The notes below the pieces were generated by a model. It did no database searches. It was not told the origin of the DNA and worked only from the letters and a program-made list of their open reading frames with translations. From assembly GCF_001462395.1 (NCBI RefSeq), contig NZ_LNTB01000001.1:300001-332000 (forward strand): a stretch of 32,000 nucleotides of DNA. Direction: 5' to 3'. Position numbers and translations under genes: made by a program. Source of the DNA: Pyrodictium occultum (GTDB lineage Archaea > Thermoproteota > Thermoprotei_A > Sulfolobales > Pyrodictiaceae). Shown here in pieces: positions 7,821 to 15,649 of the stretch. The stretch's first letter is position 1; each line of letters starts with the position of its first letter.

Positions 7821-8441
7821 TCACCTCCGGAGGAGCCTCACCCAGTTCTCCAGCACCCTCCTGCCCTGCCTCCCGCTCCTCTCGGGGTGGAACTGGGTAC
7901 CGTAGACCGGCGGCGCCTCCACCACGGCAGCGTACAGGGTCTCGCCGTAGCGGCTGGCTGCGCAGACCCAGGGCTCCTCAACCCGGGTGTAGGCGTAGCT
8001 GTGGACGTAGTAGAAGTACTCGCCGTCCTCCACGCCCTCGAGGAGCCTGCAGTCCCTCCCGGGAACCCGGTGGACCCTGCTCCAGCCTATGTGGGGGAGC
8101 TTGGCCGCCACGAGCCGCTCCACCTTGCCGGGGAGGAGGGCCAGCCCGAAGCCCTGCTCCCCCGCCTCCCTCCCCTCGGTGAAGACCAGCTGGAGGCCCA
8201 GGCAGACGCCGAGCAGCTGGGCCCCCATGCGCAGCGCCTCCCCCAGCTCCCGGGCGCAGTCGTGGAGCCGGGCGGAGGCGGCCTGGTAGGCGCCGACCCC
8301 GGGGAGCACGATGCCGTCCCACTCGCCGGGGTTGCGGATGCACTCCACCACCACCGGCTCCGCGCCGGCGCGGCGTAGGCCGGAGACGATGCTGTAGATG
8401 TTGCCCACCCCGTACCTCACCACCGCTACCCTCGGCGCCAC
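7821..8441 (-). CDS. hisH: Imidazole glycerol phosphate synthase, glutamine amidotransferase subunit
   Basis: VAVVRYGVGNIYSI..., LPGVGAY, GVCLGLQL (catalytic Cys), PHIGW, YYVHSY, FHPERSG. GTG start. Confidence 0.9.
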   Translation of the reverse strand: MAPRVAVVRYGVGNIYSIVSGLRRAGAEPVVVECIRNPGEWDGIVLPGVGAYQAASARLHDCARELGEALRMGAQLLGVCLGLQLVFTEGREAGEQGFGLALLPGKVERLVAAKLPHIGWSRVHRVPGRDCRLLEGVEDGEYFYYVHSYAYTRVEEPWVCAASRYGETLYAAVVEAPPVYGTQFHPERSGRQGRRVLENWVRLLRR

Positions 8442-8725
8442 CCGGCCCTCGCCTCCAGCTCCTCCACCACGTCGCAGATGCTCAGCCCCCTGAGCCGGAG
8501 CACGACCATGAGGTGGTATAGGAGGTCGGCGGCCTCCTCCAGCAGCCTCTCCCTCGGCCCGGCCAGCGCCTCCACCATGGCCTCCGCGGCCTCCTCGCCG
8601 AGCTTCCTGGCCGCGAGCCGTGGGTCGCGGAGCAGCCTCGCGGTGTAGCTGCCCTCGGGCATCTCCCTGGCCCGCCCCGCTATTACCCGGTCGAGCTCCT
8701 CCAGGAACCCGGTGCAGCCCGTCAC
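8426..8725 (-). CDS. hisE: Phosphoribosyl-ATP pyrophosphatase
   Basis: FLEELDRVIAGRAREMPEGSYTARLL...KLGEEAAEAMVEA...EEAADLLYHLMVVL is the MazG-like HisE pattern. I trimmed the track ORF (8426..8899) to the GTG that forms a GTGA overlap with the hisD stop (8722-8725). The upstream part is Arg/Gly junk overlapping hisD. Confidence 0.75.
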   Translation of the reverse strand: MTGCTGFLEELDRVIAGRAREMPEGSYTARLLRDPRLAARKLGEEAAEAMVEALAGPRERLLEEAADLLYHLMVVLRLRGLSICDVVEELEARAGWRRG

Positions 8726-9990
8726 CTCCCCCCGCCCCTCTCCAGCCGCCCCGCGTAGTACTCTATGCTCCTGGCGTGCCTGGTGAAGCCCTCCAGCCTC
8801 GCCAGCTCGGCCGCCGCCTCGGCGTACTCCTCGCCCAGCCCCGGCTCGGCGTAGGCCACGGGCCTCAGGAAAGTGTAGACGCCGAGCCCGCCCCTCCACC
8901 TTGCAGCGCCCCCGGTGGGGAGGACGTGGCTGGGCCCGTAGGCGTAGTCCAGCAGCGCCGGCGGGACCCCGAGGCTGACGAGCCCGGCGGGCGGCCGGGC
9001 CTCCAGCAAGGGCCCCGGGTCCCGGAGGTAGGCCACCAGGTGCTCCGGCGCCATCCTGGAGACTAGCTCCAGCGCCTCCCCGAGCCCCGGGGTGACTGCC
9101 ACCGCCAGGCCCCCTATCTCCCCGGCCGCCTCCCTCCTCAGGATCCTGTAAACCTCCTCCGCCAGGCCCCGGGAGGGGGTCGCCAGCAGCGAGAGGCTGA
9201 GGGGGCCGTGCTCAGCCTCGGCAAGCATGTCCAGCGCCACCTGCACCGGGTCGGCGGACTCGTCTGCCACCACCGCTAGCTCCGTGGGCCCCGCGATCAT
9301 GTCGACGCCGACCACGCTGGATACCAGGAGCTTCGCCGCCTGCACGTAGGGGCTCCCCGGCCCCACCACCATGTCCACCTTCTCCACCGGCTCGGCGCCG
9401 TAGGCCAGCGCCGCCACCGCCTGGGCGCCGCCCAGCGCGTAGACCGCGTCGGCCCCCGCCAGGTAGGCGGCTGCCAGCACAGCCGGGTGGACGGGGCTCC
9501 CCCCGCAGCCGCTCCTGCAGGGCGGGGAGGCCACCACCACCCTGCGGCAGCCCGCGACCCTGGCGGGGACCACGGTGTGGACCACGGTGGAGGGGTAGGG
9601 GTGAAGCCCCCCGGGCGCGTAGACCCCTACCCTCTCCACGGGGTGCCAGCGGAGCCGGGCGCCGGGCGCCCCGGCCTCCGGGGGGAGGGTGGAGGAGTGG
9701 TAGCGGCGGAGGGCCTCGACGGCCCTCTCCAGCGCCTCCACCGCCCGGGAGGGGAGCGCGTCCAGGGCCTGGCTCATCTCCTCCCTGCCCAGCCTCGGGT
9801 CCTCGAGGCCCACCCCGTCGAACCTCTCGCTGTACTCCCTCGCCGCCTCGTAGCCGCGGCGCCGGACGTCCTCGACTATCGGCCTAACCCTCTCAACGTA
9901 CTCCTCGAGGCTGTAGCTCCTCCCGAGGAGCTCCTCCAGCTCCTCGGCGCCCGGGCCCCGGGGCCACTCCGCGTAGAGGATGCGCGGCAC
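8722..9990 (-). CDS. hisD: Histidinol dehydrogenase
   Basis: 422 aa with ...YAPGG..PYPSTV..., GPTELAVVADESADP, LDMLAEAEHGP, ...HVLPTGGAAR.... It abuts the hisF stop. Confidence 0.9.
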   Translation of the reverse strand: MPRILYAEWPRGPGAEELEELLGRSYSLEEYVERVRPIVEDVRRRGYEAAREYSERFDGVGLEDPRLGREEMSQALDALPSRAVEALERAVEALRRYHSSTLPPEAGAPGARLRWHPVERVGVYAPGGLHPYPSTVVHTVVPARVAGCRRVVVASPPCRSGCGGSPVHPAVLAAAYLAGADAVYALGGAQAVAALAYGAEPVEKVDMVVGPGSPYVQAAKLLVSSVVGVDMIAGPTELAVVADESADPVQVALDMLAEAEHGPLSLSLLATPSRGLAEEVYRILRREAAGEIGGLAVAVTPGLGEALELVSRMAPEHLVAYLRDPGPLLEARPPAGLVSLGVPPALLDYAYGPSHVLPTGGAARWRGGLGVYTFLRPVAYAEPGLGEEYAEAAAELARLEGFTRHARSIEYYAGRLERGGGR

Positions 9991-10857
9991 CTAGAGCCTC
10001 ACCTCCACGCCCTTCTCGGCCAGGTACCTCTTAACCTCCCCTATGCTGAGCACCCCGTAGTGGAAGACGCCGGCCGCCAGCGCCGCGTCGGCCCCGGCCA
10101 GGGTGAACGCCTCGAGGAAGTGCCTCGGCTCCCCGGCGCCCCCGCTGGCTATCACCGGCACGTCCACCGCCTCCACCACCGCCCTGGTGAGCTCTATGTC
10201 GTAGCCCATCCTGGTCCCGTCCCTGTCTATGCTGGTGAGGAGTATCTCCCCCGCCCCCAGCTCGGCGGCCCTCCGGGCCCACTCGACGGCGTCGAGCCCG
10301 GTCGCGGCCCTCCCCCCGGAGACGTAGACCTCCCAGCCGCTCCTCGTCCTCCCCGTGCGCCTCGCGTCGATAGCGACCACCACCGCCTGGCTGCCGTACT
10401 CCCTGGCGGCCTCAGCCACCAGCCCCGGGTTCCTCACCGCGGCCGTGTTTACCGAGACCTTGTCTGCGCCGCTGCCGAGGAGACGGTCGAAGTCCCTGAG
10501 GCCGCGGACGCCACCGCCCACGGTGAAGGGTATCGAGACCACCGAGGCCACGTCGCGGACGAGGCTGTAGAGGGGCTCCCTCTGCTCAGGCGTGGCGCTG
10601 ATATCCAGGAAGACCAGCTCGTCCGCCCCCTCCTCCTCGTAGCGGGCCGCTAGTTCCACGGGGTCCCCGGCGTCGCGGAGCCCCCGGAACCTGACCCCCT
10701 TGACCACCCTTCCCCCCGCGACGTCGAGGCAGGGGATTATCCTGCGGGCGGGCTGCCTGGAGCGGGTGGCGAGGAGAGCGTCTACCCATGCAATAGCCGC
10801 GGCCACCCCCGTGGAGCGGTGCCTGCCGGAGACGAGTCCACGGGCCCAGGGGCCCAC
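9991..10857 (-). CDS. hisF: Imidazole glycerol phosphate synthase, cyclase subunit
   Basis: [45 protein letters not shown]...SVNTAAV..., IASGGAG. The only in-frame start upstream of RIIPCLDV is the ATG at 10857, giving an unusual N-terminal extension of about 38 aa. Confidence 0.88.
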   Translation of the reverse strand: MGPWARGLVSGRHRSTGVAAAIAWVDALLATRSRQPARRIIPCLDVAGGRVVKGVRFRGLRDAGDPVELAARYEEEGADELVFLDISATPEQREPLYSLVRDVASVVSIPFTVGGGVRGLRDFDRLLGSGADKVSVNTAAVRNPGLVAEAAREYGSQAVVVAIDARRTGRTRSGWEVYVSGGRAATGLDAVEWARRAAELGAGEILLTSIDRDGTRMGYDIELTRAVVEAVDVPVIASGGAGEPRHFLEAFTLAGADAALAAGVFHYGVLSIGEVKRYLAEKGVEVRL

Positions 10858-10869
10858 CGGAAGCCCCTG

Positions 10870-11394
10870 CTATAACCCCTTCCCCCGGCCCCTCCTCGGC
10901 GGCCTCGGGCCGAGGGCCTTGGCGAGGCACCGGGGCTGGGGGTTGAAGGCGGGGACCCTCCTCCGGTACTCGAGGTACGCCTCGCCGAACCTCTCCAGGC
11001 TCTCCCTCTCGTCCAGCACCACGGCCAGGGCGAGGACAAGTACAGCCTCAGCCACCGCCAGGGCCACGGCGCCGGGCTCGGCGAGCAGGAGGGCTACGCC
11101 CAGCGGGAGCCAGGCCAGGAAGAAGTGCATGGGGTGCCTCATGCAGGAGTAGGGCCCCACGGTGACCAGCCGGTCCAGCTCGCCGAAGCCCCTCCCGGGG
11201 CTGCTCTTCCCGTAGACGGCCAGGTAGCGGCCGGTGACGGCCGCGGCGCGGAGCACCACGAGGAGCAGCAGGGCCCCGGCGGCGCGGCAGGCCAGGGGGC
11301 AGCAGCATCCAGCCCTCAGGGCGCGGCCGGCGAGGGGCAGGGCGGCTATCATCGCCAGCCAGGCGAGGCCCCGCACGGCGTTGCTGATCCTCAA
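10870..11394 (-). CDS. Membrane methyltransferase of the ICMT/PEMT (isoprenylcysteine carboxyl / phospholipid methyltransferase) type
   Basis: Multi-TM protein with the family C-terminal signature LVTVGPYSCMRHPMHF...DERESLERFGEAYLEYRRRVP. It is embedded in the his gene string, 12 nt upstream of hisF. Confidence 0.65.
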   Translation of the reverse strand: MRISNAVRGLAWLAMIAALPLAGRALRAGCCCPLACRAAGALLLLVVLRAAAVTGRYLAVYGKSSPGRGFGELDRLVTVGPYSCMRHPMHFFLAWLPLGVALLLAEPGAVALAVAEAVLVLALAVVLDERESLERFGEAYLEYRRRVPAFNPQPRCLAKALGPRPPRRGRGKGL

Positions 11395-11480
11395 GGCTCC
11401 CCGCTCCAGCCAGCGTCTTCCTCCTGTGGCCGCGTTGGAGCTAAGGCTGTGATACCGCAGCCCCCTGGACGGGCTACCCG

Positions 11481-12158
11481 GTGCCCCGCGGCCTCCGGTA
11501 TAAGAGGATGGCTGGCCTCCTCCACCGCCTGGCCGAGAGGCTGGGGCTGGGGCCGGGGGAGGCTCAGCCGGTCGTGGAGCGGCTCTCGGGCCTCTACGCC
11601 CACGGGGTCCTCGGCGCCAGCCACGTTGTGCTCGAGGCGCTCACCGCCTTCTGGCTCCACCGGGACGGCTACACTGTGTCGGTCGAGGAGCCCGTGGAGG
11701 GGCTTGTGGCCGACGTGGTTGCCCGCGGCGGCGGGGAGACGCTGGTGGTCGAGGTCGAGACCGGCTACACCCCGCCCCGGTGGAGCCATGCCCCGCTGGC
11801 CTACCACGCCGCGAGGCTCGCGGCCAAGGCGGCCAGGTACAGCAGGCTGGGGGACAGGTTTGCCCTCGCGATCCCCCTCGGCTACGCCGCGCCCATCCAC
11901 CCGGCCCTCCTGGAGCCCCCGTGGAGGAGGAGCGTGGACGAGGTAGCGTGGCTGAAGAGGCTGGTCGACATGTTCTACACCAGGCCCCCGCTGGACGCCG
12001 GCATGCTGCGGGAGGCCCGGCTCGACGCGGTGCTGCTCCTCGACCCGGACAACGCCGCTGCCTACCCGCTCCCGCCCCGCAGGCTCCAGGGGCTCCAGCA
12101 CCTAGTGGTCCAGGCCGCCCTCGCCGCCCTCTCGGCGCCCGGGGACTGGGAGGGCTAA
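11481..12158 (+). CDS. Hypothetical protein with a PD-(D/E)xK nuclease-like core motif
   Basis: 225 aa (possibly starting at the ATG at 11508). The segment WLHRDGYTVSVEEPVEGLVADVVARGGGETLVVEVETG resembles the D...ExK/ExE beta-hairpin of Hjc/YraN/restriction-endonuclease-fold proteins. It lies on the opposite strand to the his genes that flank it. Confidence 0.5.
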   Translation: MPRGLRYKRMAGLLHRLAERLGLGPGEAQPVVERLSGLYAHGVLGASHVVLEALTAFWLHRDGYTVSVEEPVEGLVADVVARGGGETLVVEVETGYTPPRWSHAPLAYHAARLAAKAARYSRLGDRFALAIPLGYAAPIHPALLEPPWRRSVDEVAWLKRLVDMFYTRPPLDAGMLREARLDAVLLLDPDNAAAYPLPPRRLQGLQHLVVQAALAALSAPGDWEG

Positions 12159-12311
12159 GGGCCGGCGGCTCGGCGAGGCCGGGGCACGCTCCTCGGGTCC
12201 ACGCCCGCCGCCTCGCCCGGCCCAATCCCCCTAGGCCACGGCGCTGAGCATGGCCAGGTAGCTCCCCGGCTCCTGCAGCCCCCGCCGGAGCAGCGCCACA
12301 CGCCTCCGGCG

Positions 12312-12941
12312 CTACTCCTCCCCCGCCCCTCCCCTGGCCCCCGCACCCGGGGGCAGGATCACGCCCTTGGTGGAGACCACCGCGGCGCTGGGCGCCAGGG
12401 CCTGGCGGAGCGCCATGCCCAGGGCCTTGAACGCGGCCTCGGCCAGGTGGTGGTTGTTCCCGCCCTGGAGGGCCCTCACGTGCACCGTCATCGCCGAGGC
12501 GGAGGCGAGGCTCCACACGAAGTGCGGGATGTTCTCCGTGGCGAGGCCGCCCACCTCCTCCCTGGTGAAGGGGAGATCGACCCAGGCCCCGGGCCTCCCC
12601 GAGTAGTCGACGGCCGCGAGGACGAGCACCTCGTCCATGGGGACTATGGCGTGGCCGAAGCGGGCGACGCGGTAGCCGCCGGAGGCCACCGCCCTGGCCA
12701 CAGCCTCGCCCAGGGCCAGGGCGAGGTCCTCCGCCACGTGGTGGTCGTCGACCCTCTTAGCCTCCTCGACCCGGGCCTCCAGGCCCCAGCCGGCGTAGTA
12801 GGCGAGGGTCTCAACCATGTGGTCGAGGAAGGGCACGCCGGTGGACACGCTCACCCCCCGCAGCTCGCGGGCGTCGAGGTCGAGGTCCACCAGGACCCTC
12901 GTCTCCCCCGTGACGCGCTCGACTCGGGCACGCCTGGCCAA
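12312..12941 (-). CDS. hisB: Imidazoleglycerol-phosphate dehydratase
   Basis: RVTGETRV.VDLDLD, STGVPFLDHMVETLA, DDHHVAEDLALALG, MDE, GGNNHHLAEAAFKALG. It is monofunctional, with no HAD phosphatase domain. Confidence 0.9.
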   Translation of the reverse strand: MARRARVERVTGETRVLVDLDLDARELRGVSVSTGVPFLDHMVETLAYYAGWGLEARVEEAKRVDDHHVAEDLALALGEAVARAVASGGYRVARFGHAIVPMDEVLVLAAVDYSGRPGAWVDLPFTREEVGGLATENIPHFVWSLASASAMTVHVRALQGGNNHHLAEAAFKALGMALRQALAPSAAVVSTKGVILPPGAGARGGAGEE

Positions 12942-13024
12942 GACTCCCTCAGCCTCCGCACGGGTGCCTCCGGGTGGACGCGTCCCCGAGGGTTAAGGAT
13001 GCAGCCCCGGAGCGGCCGGTGCTG

Positions 13025-13771
13025 CTAGAGGAGGCCCAGGGGGTTGAGGGCGCCGGTGTAGAGGGCCATCCCAGCCACGGCCTCGTCGTAGCCCAGGGGG
13101 GCGAGCAGCTCGAGGTCCCTGGGCCCCGCCACGCCGCCGCTGTAGGCGAGCCTCTCCACGCCACGCTCCCTGGCGAGCCTGGCGAGCCTCGCGGCGCGGT
13201 GGAGGTCGACACCCCTCCCCTCGCCCTCGTGGAAGACCTGGGTGTAGAGTATGCCCCAGAGCCCCGGGGTGGAGGCCGCCCTCTCCACGGCCTCCCGCAG
13301 GGTGAGGGGCTCCCGGAGCCTCCAGCCCTGGGAGGCAGGGGTGGCGTCCCAGTGTTCCTCCACCGCCGCTACCAACACCCCGCTGTCGAGCGCCTCGACC
13401 GCCTCCTCCAGGAAGCCGGGGTCGCGGAGCCAGGCGCTGGCCACCACCAGCCGGTCCGCGCCGGCGGCGTAGGCCTCGCGGAGCGCCTCGATGCTCCTCA
13501 GCCCCCCGCCCAGCTGCACCCTGGCCCCGGTCTCCCTCTTCACCCTCGAGACCAGCTCGAGGACGCAGCGGCTGGGCCTCCCCCTCTCGGCGCCGTCCAG
13601 GTCCACTATGTGGATCGCCTCGGCGCCGAGGCTGTGCCAGTGGAGGGCGAGGCGGAGGGGGTCGCCGAGCCGGAGCCCGGTGCCCGGCAGGCCCCTCACC
13701 CTCTTCACCGCCTCGCAGCCGGAGACGTCTATGCTGGGCACCAGCCTGGGCCTCGAGGCCAGCCTCGGCAT
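13025..13771 (-). CDS. hisA: ProFAR isomerase (1-(5-phosphoribosyl)-5-[(5-phosphoribosylamino)methylideneamino]imidazole-4-carboxamide isomerase)
   Basis: LVPSIDVSGCEAVKRV..., HIVDLDGA, VQLGGGLRS, YSGGV: the TIM-barrel HisA pattern. It lies between hisG and hisB. Confidence 0.85.
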   Translation of the reverse strand: MPRLASRPRLVPSIDVSGCEAVKRVRGLPGTGLRLGDPLRLALHWHSLGAEAIHIVDLDGAERGRPSRCVLELVSRVKRETGARVQLGGGLRSIEALREAYAAGADRLVVASAWLRDPGFLEEAVEALDSGVLVAAVEEHWDATPASQGWRLREPLTLREAVERAASTPGLWGILYTQVFHEGEGRGVDLHRAARLARLARERGVERLAYSGGVAGPRDLELLAPLGYDEAVAGMALYTGALNPLGLL

Positions 13772-13773
13772 GG

Positions 13774-14643
13774 CTAGGGTATCACCCTGTCCACGCTCAG
13801 AACAAGTATGTCGCGGGCGCCCCTCCTCCGGGCCTCCACGAGCACCCTGGCGAGCCGGTCCTCGGGCACCACGGTGACCACCTCCATCATGGGCCTCGGG
13901 CCCTCCACCCTGGCCAGCGTGGGCCCCGACATGGAGGGGAGCGCCTCCAGCACCCTCTCCAGCGCCTCCACCGGCACGTTCATCAGCACCAGCTTGTACC
14001 CCCGGGCCCTCACCACGCTCCGCAGCGCCTCCACCACTGCCTCCACGACCGGGTCGCCCGGGTCCACGTGGTGGCCCCGGATGAGCTTAGCCTCGGTCTT
14101 CATAACCTCGGCTATCACCCTGAGCCTGTGGAGCCTGAGGGTCGTGCCCGTGGAGGAGACGTCGAGGATCGCGTCGGCCACCCCGAGCCTCGGCATGGCC
14201 TCCGCGGAGCCGGTTATCCTAACGATCCTCGCCCGGACCCCCGACTCCTCGAAGAACCTCCTCGCTATGTTGACAAACTTGGTGGCCACCCTCACCCCGT
14301 CCGGCAGGTCCTCCACCCTCTCAACCGGGGCCTCGTCCGGCACCGCCACTACCAGCCGGGCCCTCCCTATGCCGAGGCCCTCGACGACCTCGAGCCCCTC
14401 GCCGCCGTGCTCGGCTATATAGTCGAGCCCCGTCACCCCCAGCTCGGCGCCCCCCGCGGAGACCACCGCGGGTATGTCCTCGGGCCTCACGTAGACCAGA
14501 GTCACGTCCTCCCAGTTGGTGGGCACTATCAGCGCCCTGGCGGAGTCGGGGCTGTACTGGGGCTCGATCCCCGCGGCCTCGAGGAGCCGGAGCACGGGCT
14601 CCCTCAGCCTGCCCTTGCTAGGCACCGCTATCCTCAGGGTCAA
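13774..14643 (-). CDS. hisG: ATP phosphoribosyltransferase, long form with C-terminal regulatory domain
   Basis: (M)TLRIAVPSKGRLREPVLRLLEAAGI..., DIPAVVSAGGAELGVTGLD, DVSSTGTTLR, C-terminal ...LPSMSGPTLARV.... I trimmed the track ORF (to 14769) to the TTG at 14643, because the upstream 42 codons are Arg/Gly/Ser junk. This gives about 290 aa, the normal long-HisG length. Confidence 0.85.
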   Translation of the reverse strand: MTLRIAVPSKGRLREPVLRLLEAAGIEPQYSPDSARALIVPTNWEDVTLVYVRPEDIPAVVSAGGAELGVTGLDYIAEHGGEGLEVVEGLGIGRARLVVAVPDEAPVERVEDLPDGVRVATKFVNIARRFFEESGVRARIVRITGSAEAMPRLGVADAILDVSSTGTTLRLHRLRVIAEVMKTEAKLIRGHHVDPGDPVVEAVVEALRSVVRARGYKLVLMNVPVEALERVLEALPSMSGPTLARVEGPRPMMEVVTVVPEDRLARVLVEARRRGARDILVLSVDRVIP

Positions 14644-14770
14644 GCCGCTGCACCCCCTGGAGCGGCCGCTGGAGAGCCGCCGGCAGGCCAGCCACAGGGA
14701 GGAGTCCCGGGCTAGCGGTGAACCCGGCTCATCTCCGCCCAGCCTCCGCGTAGCCCACGCCCAGCCCACA

Positions 14771-14780
14771 GGATTTAAGG
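14771..14780 (-). promoter_or_regulatory. TATA-like box (minus strand CCTTAAATCC) upstream of hisG
   Basis: It is the only AT-rich element between the stop of the upstream gene (14795) and hisG. It sits about 130 nt upstream of the proposed TTG start, implying a 5' leader of about 100 nt. Confidence 0.3.
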
Positions 14781-14794
14781 CTGAGCCCCCGGGG

Positions 14795-15538
14795 CTAGAG
14801 CCCCGGCATCCTCCTGCTCATCCCCGGCTTGGTGAGGTGTATCAGCGCCTCAACCTCCTCGACGCCGCTCGTCTCCCTCCACTCCTCCCCCACCACCGCC
14901 ACAGCGGCCACCGCCTCCAGCCGGGCCCGGGCCCGCTCCACCAGGAGCCGGAGCGCCCTGAGGGTGCGGCCGGTCTCCACGATGTCGTCCACCACAAGCA
15001 CCCGGTCGCTCCTCCCCAGCGTGCCCCTGGGTATGCAGAAGCTCGGCTCCCCCGGGCTGCAGTCGTAGCCCTCCAGCCCGGGGCGGCGGCGCCTGGCGAC
15101 CGTGAACGGGGTCTCAAGCGCGAGGCTGAGGCTGGTCGCCAGCGGTATCCCCGAGGCCTCCGGCACGAGGATCCTCGTAACCCCCCGGCCCTGGAGCCTC
15201 CTCGTGTAGTAGAGGGTCGCCAGCAGCAGGTAGAGGGGGTCCGTCAGCACTATGCTGGTGTCGAGCACCCCGCCGGTCTCAGCCATCCTCTCGGCCAGCG
15301 CCCTGCGGGGGTCGGCGAGCCTCCAGAGGCCCTCCAGGATAGCCCCCGCCTTCTCCGGGCCCGGGAGGCTCCTCCCGGTGACGTAGCGGGAGAGGAGGGG
15401 CGCCGGCACCCCCGTCGCCTTGGAGAGCTCCCTGTAGCTGTACCTCCTCTTCGCCAGCCGGAGCGCGGCCGCCACCACCGTGGATAGCTGGGCGCGCTCC
15501 AGCCTCCCGCCCCGCTTCCCAGGCATCCCGGTCTCCAC
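14795..15538 (-). CDS. HTH DNA-binding domain fused to a type I phosphoribosyltransferase domain (PurR/GfcR-like putative PRPP-sensing regulator)
   Basis: The N-terminus is an HTH (YSYRELSKATGVPAPLLSRYVTGRSLP). The C-terminus is a PRTase with the PRPP loop RVLVVDDIVETGRTLRAL. Confidence 0.75.
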   Translation of the reverse strand: METGMPGKRGGRLERAQLSTVVAAALRLAKRRYSYRELSKATGVPAPLLSRYVTGRSLPGPEKAGAILEGLWRLADPRRALAERMAETGGVLDTSIVLTDPLYLLLATLYYTRRLQGRGVTRILVPEASGIPLATSLSLALETPFTVARRRRPGLEGYDCSPGEPSFCIPRGTLGRSDRVLVVDDIVETGRTLRALRLLVERARARLEAVAAVAVVGEEWRETSGVEEVEALIHLTKPGMSRRMPGL

Positions 15539-15554
15539 GCCCCCCGGGGTCTCG

Positions 15555-15611
15555 TTAACACGGCTGTTTTAACAAGGAGCGCTCCACGCGTTATAGAACC
15601 CGCTTAATAAC
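15555..15611. promoter_or_regulatory. Divergent promoter region with three AT-rich boxes
   Basis: gttaacacggctgttttaac (15554-15573). Its minus-strand TTAAAA lies about 27-34 nt from the ATG at 15538, which suggests a leaderless transcript. ttatagaa (15591-15598) and cttaataa (15603-15610) lie about 40-55 nt upstream of the ATG at 15650. Confidence 0.4.
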
Positions 15612-15649
15612 CGCCCCGGGGCCCCGGCCCGCCATGGGTGCAGGCCTGG

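Noticed and set aside
8726-8899. N-terminal extensions of track ORFs: hisE to 8899, hisG to 14769, HMGCS to 25652 and mobB from 17773.
   Set aside because: The extensions overlap neighbouring genes, translate to Arg/Gly/Trp/Pro junk and precede family-typical N-termini. In-frame GTG/TTG/ATG starts are available at the expected positions.
9487-12516. ORFs of 270-390 aa antisense or out of frame to hisD/hisF, the methyltransferase and the 11481 gene (9487..10653 +, 11125..11946 +, 11391..12101 -, 11641..12516 -).
   Set aside because: They have the same junk composition (R/P/G/A runs) with no motifs. The true frames encode canonical his enzymes.
14690-14745. A his leader peptide (minus-strand mini-ORF MSRVHR*) as in bacterial his attenuators.
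   Set aside because: It has only one His codon, no run of His codons and no alternative terminator/antiterminator pairing that I could trace. Transcription attenuation of this kind is not established in archaea.
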